Part shown: positions 1 to 6,683 of the stretch, piece by piece | Position numbering within the stretch: position 1 is the first letter of the stretch | How the letters are laid out: every line of letters begins with the position of its first letter | Virus record (IMG/VR): IMGVR_UViG_3300036900_000099 | Coordinates: 1-51,265 of that record | Source: a virus | Lineage: Duplodnaviria > Caudoviricetes | DNA length: 51,265 nt | Direction: 5' to 3' (one strand) | Made by a program: the position numbers and the translations under genes | The notes under the pieces: model-generated | Database searches by the model: none | Seen by the model: only the letters and a program-made list of their open reading frames with translations | What the model was told of the DNA's origin: nothing

Positions 1-127
1 GAGCGAGCAACTTATGATAGGAGCTTACGCTCTTCAAAGCTGAAAGCTTGAAAGGAGCATTTTGATGCTACCCATACTAATCTCTCAAGGTCTAGCCTTG
101 AGTTATATCAATGATCCATATCTATGG
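1..127. repeat. 127-bp exact terminal overlap, left copy
   Basis: Identical to 51139-51265; the length is typical of an assembler k-mer overlap and indicates a circularly closed contig. Confidence 0.95.
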
Positions 128-198
128 GATTGTAGTCACGCAATGTTTACGGGATACTGTGCATGGTTGTATATGTAGGTATATAACGAAATACAAAT

Positions 199-226
199 AA
201 AAAAAAGAGGGGGCTTGCGCCCCCTC
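199..226 (-). terminator. Rho-independent terminator
   Basis: Minus strand GAGGGGGC-GCAA-GCCCCCTC followed by T8, just downstream of the 522-aa ORF. Confidence 0.9.
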
Positions 227-249
227 CTTAGTTTTGATTGGTAGCTAGG

Positions 250-1818
250 TCATGCAACTTTGGCACCACGCGGCTTATCACTTTCCTTCACCCCGACGAT
301 ATCCTCAATCGTCATAGGGTCAAGCTTTTCCAAAGTAGCAACTCGCTTGCGCAGGTCTGGTTGAGTAGCGAACATGGAAAGTATGCCTTGCATGATACGC
401 CACGTGGATTGCAGCTTGGCGTCGCTGTCCTCAGGCTTCTGATTGAGGCTTTGCTGCCAGTTGGCCCATGCTGCCGGTGTCTCAACAGACGTAGCGATAG
501 CTGCGATGTAGCGTTCCAGGTCCGAATTAGAAAGCACTACGCGTGCTGCTTTCTGAGCCTCTGCCGTCTGCCCCGTGCCGCTACCAGCCGCACGTTTAAT
601 CTTGATAACGGCCTTGCGGAAGTCCGCTAGTGTGCCACCTGCCTTCCCCGCAACGCTTGGATCATGCGACAGAAATTCACCGACGCGGAACGTAGCGGTC
701 TCATTGCTCACCTTGTCGTGAACTACAATCGGACTATCCATCCGCGCAAGCTTAGTCGGATCATCATCCCACGACTTGGTAGACGTGTTCCACTTTTTCT
801 CGGTCCGGAATGTAGCAACGCAACGGGGTGGTTGCCCGCTAGGTGCCATTTCATTAACCGCCCATATCTGGCGCAGTAGAGTAACAGCACGCTTTAGAGC
901 CTTGACCATCGTATCAATATCGTTCGAGCATTCATCAGCCTTCTTTTCTGCGGTCATAGCATCGCAATAGTCAGGCGATGTTTGATCGGCATACTTACCC
1001 GTCGGAACCTTTGCTGCTGCGAGCAAGTATTGCTCTTTCTCATAGACTAAGGATGCACCTGCCGGAGTATCCCGAATTACTTCACCATAGAACGATACTG
1101 GTACGGCCTTGTTAGAACCATTCGGATATTTCATCATAATATCCGGGTTATTAACCACGTTGCCGTTACTATCCTTCTCTTTCGTTCCGATAACTGGCCA
1201 CGGATAATTAGCACCGTTATCAAACTCCGGTCCCGTGCCTTCGATCATGTTGCAGAGGACCTTGCCGGTCTCGTCTTTACGCACATACAGACGCTCTAAC
1301 GTCCATGCCAGTTGGGCTGGAGCTTGCTTCCTGGTGCGCTCTGCATCCACGATAGCGCCTTGTATGGCACTATACGTTTCGTCGTGTGATAGGACGCTCG
1401 CTGCCTTGTGCGCACTAGAGCGGATGTTACTAGCAGTGATATCCGAAGCGCTGGTCTCTTGGTTTTGTGGATCAGCCTCAGCTTGCGCCATAGCAGCAAT
1501 GAGCAAGCCTATGCCGTTGCCGTCTCCGTTCTCTATCCACATACGATCATCGTTCGCACCAGGATTGGTAGCACGGATATCATCATAGATGCGCATCAGA
1601 TATTCATCGGATAGAGTAGATACAGCGTCACCCGTCTGAGCTACGGGATCAGCAAAGAATGTAGCACCATACTGCTTGCGCATTCTGTCACCAATGCCGC
1701 TCGCCTTAAACGTATCCAGCGGTGACTTGATAACAGCAGCGCTAGTCTTGACGTCGACCTTGCCGTTGTTCTTCTTCGAAGCAGGAACCAACGTCACCTT
1801 GTTCGTCTTCGTGTTCAT
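250..1818 (-). CDS. Hypothetical early protein, 522 aa
   Basis: Long ORF with GGAG RBS, its own promoter and terminator; no family recognised. Confidence 0.9.
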   Translation of the reverse strand: MNTKTNKVTLVPASKKNNGKVDVKTSAAVIKSPLDTFKASGIGDRMRKQYGATFFADPVAQTGDAVSTLSDEYLMRIYDDIRATNPGANDDRMWIENGDGNGIGLLIAAMAQAEADPQNQETSASDITASNIRSSAHKAASVLSHDETYSAIQGAIVDAERTRKQAPAQLAWTLERLYVRKDETGKVLCNMIEGTGPEFDNGANYPWPVIGTKEKDSNGNVVNNPDIMMKYPNGSNKAVPVSFYGEVIRDTPAGASLVYEKEQYLLAAAKVPTGKYADQTSPDYCDAMTAEKKADECSNDIDTMVKALKRAVTLLRQIWAVNEMAPSGQPPRCVATFRTEKKWNTSTKSWDDDPTKLARMDSPIVVHDKVSNETATFRVGEFLSHDPSVAGKAGGTLADFRKAVIKIKRAAGSGTGQTAEAQKAARVVLSNSDLERYIAAIATSVETPAAWANWQQSLNQKPEDSDAKLQSTWRIMQGILSMFATQPDLRKRVATLEKLDPMTIEDIVGVKESDKPRGAKVA

Positions 1819-1860
1819 GATTAATCACTCCGTTTAGGTAGGCACCATTGCCTAACTATA

Positions 1861-1888
1861 AGTCTAAAGCCAATAGGCACTATGTCAA
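1861..1888 (-). promoter_or_regulatory. Sigma70-like early promoter
   Basis: TTGACA-16 nt-TAGACT on the minus strand, 42 nt upstream of the ATG at 1818. Confidence 0.7.
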
Positions 1889-1969
1889 AGGGCTATCGAC
1901 CTTAAACTGGAAGGTTTACATCAACCCTTCCGTAAATGGCACGGTTTGACCATGCCATTTGAGTAAAGG

Positions 1970-2212
1970 TTATTCGCCAAACCATATTCGTGCATATGTT
2001 ACTATGTCGTGTAGTGAAGGCCATAGCCTAAACCAATGTAACTCTGCGCTCGCATACTGGACATACATTGCAGTCGCAGCGTTTTGCATTGTTGCTGGTA
2101 CGGGATAACGTGGCTTAAAAAACCCACGTTGATACCATAATTCACGATCTATGCACCCTTGCTCATACATTTCTTGGATGTATGTAGTAATGTCTGAATG
2201 ATCTAGTGTCAT
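1970..2212 (-). CDS. Hypothetical protein
   Basis: 80-aa ORF closely following the upstream ORF. Confidence 0.6.
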   Translation of the reverse strand: MTLDHSDITTYIQEMYEQGCIDRELWYQRGFFKPRYPVPATMQNAATAMYVQYASAELHWFRLWPSLHDIVTYARIWFGE

Positions 2213-2215
2213 GTG

Positions 2216-2419
2216 TCACCTTACTTTGATGTTAGGGATTGAGGTATAGAAGTCTGCAAGGCGCAGTAAGTAACTGCGTTCATACTTATGCGGTGGCATA
2301 TTTAAGTCGAGTATCTCAGGCATAACCCATGCCTTTGGTTTGCAGATACAGAACGAGAATTGAATGCGTCCGATACGTAAGAAACGTATCCCGCCATTCC
2401 GAGTGTATTTGATTGTCAT
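2216..2419 (-). CDS. Hypothetical protein (start revised to MTIKY)
   Basis: GGAG RBS before ATG 2419, in frame with track ORF 2216..2488. Confidence 0.55.
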   Translation of the reverse strand: MTIKYTRNGGIRFLRIGRIQFSFCICKPKAWVMPEILDLNMPPHKYERSYLLRLADFYTSIPNIKVR

Positions 2420-2489
2420 AGCTTCGCTCCGTTGTGCTTGATTGCACATACTCCACATAGCAAAGCCACCTAAGCGGTGCAATCGCACA

Positions 2490-3000
2490 CCAGGTGGCTG
2501 TTCATGTTTTGTACTGTCGCTTATCGTCGCAGTTAACGTCTTAGTTGTATGATACTATTCCTAAGTTGTAGGAACATTATCATCCGTCAAATGACGGAAG
2601 ATAGTGCGATATCTGATACTAAACTGATACTGATTATATATTAATATCAAGACTATTTAATAGAGCAGTATATTATAACGTAATAGAAAACAATATGTAT
2701 ACATAATGATCATTATAGTATTATATACTCTAACATAATAGTATTTATTATAGTTTACATATTCTATACATACGTATGTATACTTATACGTTACTTATAT
2801 AGAGAGCGAGCAACTTGGCCTAAATACCACCTTCTTAAGAGATAGCTATAACGATAATCGTTGACGGGGTATGAGGGGGGTTGGGGGTGCCTCAAGGCCC
2901 GAATGAATCACTATCTTAAAATTGCTCATAAAAATTTTACTAGTTATACCAAGTTCTGAACCTTTAGGTTCGGAGTACAACTTTAGTTGTACCATGTAGC
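2490..3000. other. AT-rich non-coding control region, candidate origin or genome terminus
   Basis: No credible ORF; very AT-rich at 2630-2800; several palindromes; G-tracts at 2865-2888. Confidence 0.5.
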
Positions 3001-3086
3001 ATTACACTTAAAACATTTATAATACCCATATTCTTGATAACCACTCATCCATGTCCAGACGTGATTACATGTTTCTTCATAGATAT

Positions 3087-3311
3087 TCATAATCCTCTTT
3101 CCTTACGTAATCTGTCTATCTCATCAAATCTATCTAAATTACCTTTTGTGTCTATTTTACGTATCTTCAAGTCATGTTTATCAAAGATTGAATCATAACT
3201 CTGATGTCTAGACAATTCTGCTTGTATTGGTCCTGCAATTACCTTCCAATTAAGTGTTTTAGGAGGTAACTGTAGATAGTCTAAATTGGTATACTTTTTA
3301 TGTGTTTTCAT
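3087..3311 (-). CDS. Hypothetical protein
   Basis: 74-aa ORF in AT-rich DNA with AAGG upstream. Confidence 0.5.
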   Translation of the reverse strand: MKTHKKYTNLDYLQLPPKTLNWKVIAGPIQAELSRHQSYDSIFDKHDLKIRKIDTKGNLDRFDEIDRLRKERGL

Positions 3312-3362
3312 GATTTAGGTACCTTTACTACTATATTCCCCCAAACTCTTACCAGTGAGCTT

Positions 3363-3623
3363 CTAATGAGCTTGGTGAGGCATTTTAAATGAGATGGAGG
3401 ATGTCATATTTGTTAGTTCTTCTTCTAGTTGTTTTCTTATCTTTTCTTCGAACTCTTTAGAACGTATTAAATAAGGATCGGTAGATGTAACTACTACATC
3501 TCTAGATGTGTAAAAACGTTCTAAAATATCTGCTACTTCTATAGCTTCTTCTTTGGTATAGGTAACAACATCATTATCCCAATAAAGTTCAATAATGTTA
3601 CCTTTAATTGCGTAGTCAATCAT
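3363..3623 (-). CDS. Hypothetical protein
   Basis: 86-aa ORF with ATGA overlap to the upstream ORF. Confidence 0.55.
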   Translation of the reverse strand: MIDYAIKGNIIELYWDNDVVTYTKEEAIEVADILERFYTSRDVVVTSTDPYLIRSKEFEEKIRKQLEEELTNMTSSISFKMPHQAH

Positions 3624-3826
3624 GAATATCTCTTTCTTCCAACATAGGATAATTGTTCTTGTTTTGATGCATTACGTTCTTCTTTAATCTTTCTTAAGTT
3701 TTGTAATTCATACAGGTTTCTTTCTCCAGGTTGTCTTTTGTAAGGAATACTAGGCGTATTAGCCATTTCTTCCATCATCTTACTAATATAATTTATTTCC
3801 TTTTCTTTGAAAATATCTATTGACAT
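3620..3826 (-). CDS. Hypothetical protein
   Basis: 68-aa ORF; overlaps the + strand promoter. Confidence 0.4.
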   Translation of the reverse strand: MSIDIFKEKEINYISKMMEEMANTPSIPYKRQPGERNLYELQNLRKIKEERNASKQEQLSYVGRKRYS

Positions 3827-3848
3827 CGTTATTTCTTTCTGTTATAAT
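3820..3848 (+). promoter_or_regulatory. Consensus sigma70 promoter heading the morphogenesis arm
   Basis: TTGACA-17 nt-TATAAT with an extended TG. Confidence 0.8.
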
Positions 3849-3920
3849 ATGTATTAGGCATAGACGTATGCTAATTATTTGATGAGCTTTAGCTCGTCGT
3901 TATTAAAGGATATATATTCA

Positions 3921-4397
3921 ATGGCTACTATCGGACTACCGTTAGACCTTTCAGGCAATAGCCTAATGTCTACTACAAATACAATTAATGCTACCGCTAA
4001 TCTTACTCTACCAGCAGGAACTAATTCTGTTGTAGTGTTAAATGCACTAGCTGGTTGCACAATTACCCTTCCACCTCCTGCTAAAACTCCTATTGGTACT
4101 AGGTATGATTTCTTTGTAGGAGTGGTTAATACCTCTAACACCTACAAGGTTATTACTGATACTACCACTACCTTCTTAGCTGGTGGTGTCTACATGGACA
4201 AATCACTTACCGTTACACGGTATGCAGCTAATGGTAGTACTATTCGTTCTATCAATCTAGCTGGGTCTGCTCAAACTACAGGTGGTGGTACAGTCGGTGA
4301 CTACTTCAAATGTGTGCTCGTCTCTCCCACTCAGTGGCACATTGAAGGTACACTCTCTGCTACTGGCACTCTCGCAACTCCTTTCGCTACTTCATAA
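3921..4397 (+). CDS. Putative virion decoration protein (beta-rich)
   Basis: AAGGA RBS before ATG 3921; Thr/Gly-rich with a TITLP motif typical of virion appendages. Confidence 0.55.
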   Translation: MATIGLPLDLSGNSLMSTTNTINATANLTLPAGTNSVVVLNALAGCTITLPPPAKTPIGTRYDFFVGVVNTSNTYKVITDTTTTFLAGGVYMDKSLTVTRYAANGSTIRSINLAGSAQTTGGGTVGDYFKCVLVSPTQWHIEGTLSATGTLATPFATS

Positions 4398-4410
4398 GGA
4401 TAACATATAA

Positions 4411-4500
4411 ATGGCTAAAGGTCAATTAAATAAAGATAAGATGAAGAACAAAGCCAAGAAGGCTAAGAAAGTCATCGATAAAGATAAGGATATGATGTAA
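4411..4500 (+). CDS. Lys-rich microprotein, 29 aa
   Basis: MAKGQLNKDKMKNKAKKAKKVIDKDKDMM; AAGGA RBS; fills the gap exactly. Confidence 0.6.
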   Translation: MAKGQLNKDKMKNKAKKAKKVIDKDKDMM

Positions 4501-4502
4501 TC

Positions 4503-4832
4503 ATGGCAAAATATAAGAACAGAGATGTCACTGTTATGGAAGTAACTCCTGACGTCGAATATACTAACACAGTAACAATTACCCACGCAGATGGTTCTAA
4601 AGAGGATGTGAAGAAGAGTGAAGTTATGGTCTCTCTTGCTGAAGCAGCCCGCTTGCGGAATGCTACGCTCGGTGGTTCAGATCCAATGCTGCTCCCTAAA
4701 GCAGAACGTCCTGTAAAGGGTCCTACTCTAGCAGAAGTTTCTGCTAAAGAAGCTGCTGAGGAAAAGGCAAAGGTTGACGCTGAGAATCATAAACCTCTAA
4801 TCCCCTTTATGGCTCCTCACAAGGCTAAGTAG
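4503..4832 (+). CDS. Hypothetical protein
   Basis: 109-aa ORF with AAGGA RBS. Confidence 0.8.
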   Translation: MAKYKNRDVTVMEVTPDVEYTNTVTITHADGSKEDVKKSEVMVSLAEAARLRNATLGGSDPMLLPKAERPVKGPTLAEVSAKEAAEEKAKVDAENHKPLIPFMAPHKAK

Positions 4833-4994
4833 ATGACTCTATTTCTCTTAGTCTATTGGATTTTAATGATCCTATGGTTCTTTGGATATACATGGTCTAA
4901 TTGGGGTAATCAGCTAGCTATGGGCACAGGTCTTGTGCAATGGGTGCTATTTCTTCTGTTAGGTATCAAAGTATTTCCAATTCCATTGGGTTAA
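4833..4994 (+). CDS. Small membrane protein, 53 aa
   Basis: MTLFLLVYWILMILWFFGY...VQWVLFLLLGIKVF; two hydrophobic segments; abuts the upstream stop. Confidence 0.7.
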   Translation: MTLFLLVYWILMILWFFGYTWSNWGNQLAMGTGLVQWVLFLLLGIKVFPIPLG

Positions 4995-4998
4995 TTCA

Positions 4999-5310
4999 AT
5001 GTTCAACGCTATGTTAAAAGAACTTCGTAATGAAGCTTATGCATACGAAACTAAAATCAATACAAAATTAGATAAAATCTTAGAAAGGTTACACAAAATG
5101 TCTATTGAACTCGACAATCTAACTGCACAGGTTAAAGCAAACTCTGATTTGCTCGACAGTGCAACTACGCTCATCAACGGTATTGCTGACCGCATTACTG
5201 CTGCTGGCGTAGACCCTGCTAAACTAAAGGCTCTTACTGATGAGCTTAAGGCTAAGGATGATGTGCTCGCAGCTGCAGTTGTAGCTAATACTCCTGCTCC
5301 TGCTGCGTAA
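4999..5310 (+). CDS. Coiled-coil hypothetical protein
   Basis: Heptad-like Ala/Leu-rich sequence; possible second in-frame start at 5098. Confidence 0.75.
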   Translation: MFNAMLKELRNEAYAYETKINTKLDKILERLHKMSIELDNLTAQVKANSDLLDSATTLINGIADRITAAGVDPAKLKALTDELKAKDDVLAAAVVANTPAPAA

Positions 5311-5339
5311 TGTTAAATTCTGAAAGAATTTGACGTTCT

Positions 5340-5486
5340 ATGTCTTTTGCAGCAGTAAAAGCAAAGATAGCAAAAAAGGAAGGCGTCTCACGGAAACGTG
5401 CAGGCGCCATTCTTGCTGCGTCTTCTAGAAATGCTTCTAGCGTAGCTAAACGAAAGAACCCTAATTTGAAACGTGTTCGTGGTTAA
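5340..5486 (+). CDS. Basic microprotein, 48 aa
   Basis: MSFAAVKAKIAKKEGVSRKRAGAILAASSRNASSVAKRKNPNLKRVRG. Confidence 0.7.
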   Translation: MSFAAVKAKIAKKEGVSRKRAGAILAASSRNASSVAKRKNPNLKRVRG

Positions 5487-5535
5487 ATGATTGAAACTTC
5501 AATTAAAACTACTTTCTCCACAGGATTTTGGTTCT

Positions 5536-5709
5536 ATGACTGCTAAACAATTAAGTGGTAGTACGGCTCCTGACGGTTCTAACTACGTTTGTCAAACAAA
5601 TGGTAATGGAACATTAACGTTAGGTGGAACTAAACAATTAAAAGGTAATACTGCTCCTGATCGTTCAGGTTATATTACACTTACAGATGGAAATGGAAAT
5701 CTAGTCTAA
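5536..5709 (+). CDS. Two-repeat small protein related to the N-terminus of the next gene
   Basis: AGGA RBS; two copies of KQLxGxxAPDxSxYxxxTxGxGxL. Confidence 0.75.
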   Translation: MTAKQLSGSTAPDGSNYVCQTNGNGTLTLGGTKQLKGNTAPDRSGYITLTDGNGNLV

Positions 5710-6683
5710 TGACTGCTAAACAACTTAAAGGTCTGTTTGCACCTGATGGATCACAATATGCAACTTTAACTGATGGTGCAGGTAACTTAGCTGCTACTGG
5801 AAGTGGACTTACTATAGGTACATCTACAATAACAGGTGGAGCTGATACACAAGTATTGTTTAACAATGCTGGTGTCGTAAGTTCTGACGCCGGTTTAACT
5901 AAGGTAGCAGGCTCAACAGGCTTAGTTAGTTTTGGTGGTAGTATAAATTTACCTAATACTGCTGCCGGCCCAATCGGTATTATCAATTTTGCTGGGACTC
6001 CATTTCTTCATGATGCAGGAAGCTTCGATAATATTTTCTTAGGGCATAATGCTGGAAATCTTTCAGTAACTGGTACACGAAATGTTATCCTCGGAGAATC
6101 GGCAGGAGGAGCTCTTACTTCTGGTGCAAATAACATATTTATAGGTCGTTTTGCTGGTGGGCAAATTACGACTACAGGTAATAACGTAGCTATAGGGACC
6201 TCCGCATTATCTTCTGCTATCTCTAATGCTAACTGCGTTGCAGTAGGATTTGGATCAGTAACAGGTTCTGGAAATAATAATACTGGGGTTGGGGCAACGT
6301 CTCTTTCAAGTTTAACTACCGGAACCGGTAACGTAGCTATTGGTCAAGGAACAGGGGTAGGAATAACCACAGGTACAAATAATACAATATTAGGAGCTGG
6401 TGTCTCAGGTCTTTCTGCAGGTCTTTCAAGTGCCGTTATCTTAGCAGCTAATGGAATTAAAGCAGACTTCGGTAATACTAACGCAGTGACTTGGACATTT
6501 GCAGGTCCTGTACGTCCTCAAACATATACGGTAGCTACCTTACCTGCTGCTCCAGGTACAGGTGCTATTGCTGTTATAACAGATCAACTAACTACTGCTG
6601 TTGCTAAAGGCGCAGCACCTACAGGGGGCGGCGCAGTGGTTTGTACTGTTATTTATACAGGTGCTAGTTGGGTAGGCATTTAA
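5709..6683 (+). CDS. Tail fibre-like protein with beta-roll repeats
   Basis: Repeated N-x-A/F-I-G...G-x-x-N units, like trimeric adhesin heads. Confidence 0.7.
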   Translation: MTAKQLKGLFAPDGSQYATLTDGAGNLAATGSGLTIGTSTITGGADTQVLFNNAGVVSSDAGLTKVAGSTGLVSFGGSINLPNTAAGPIGIINFAGTPFLHDAGSFDNIFLGHNAGNLSVTGTRNVILGESAGGALTSGANNIFIGRFAGGQITTTGNNVAIGTSALSSAISNANCVAVGFGSVTGSGNNNTGVGATSLSSLTTGTGNVAIGQGTGVGITTGTNNTILGAGVSGLSAGLSSAVILAANGIKADFGNTNAVTWTFAGPVRPQTYTVATLPAAPGTGAIAVITDQLTTAVAKGAAPTGGGAVVCTVIYTGASWVGI

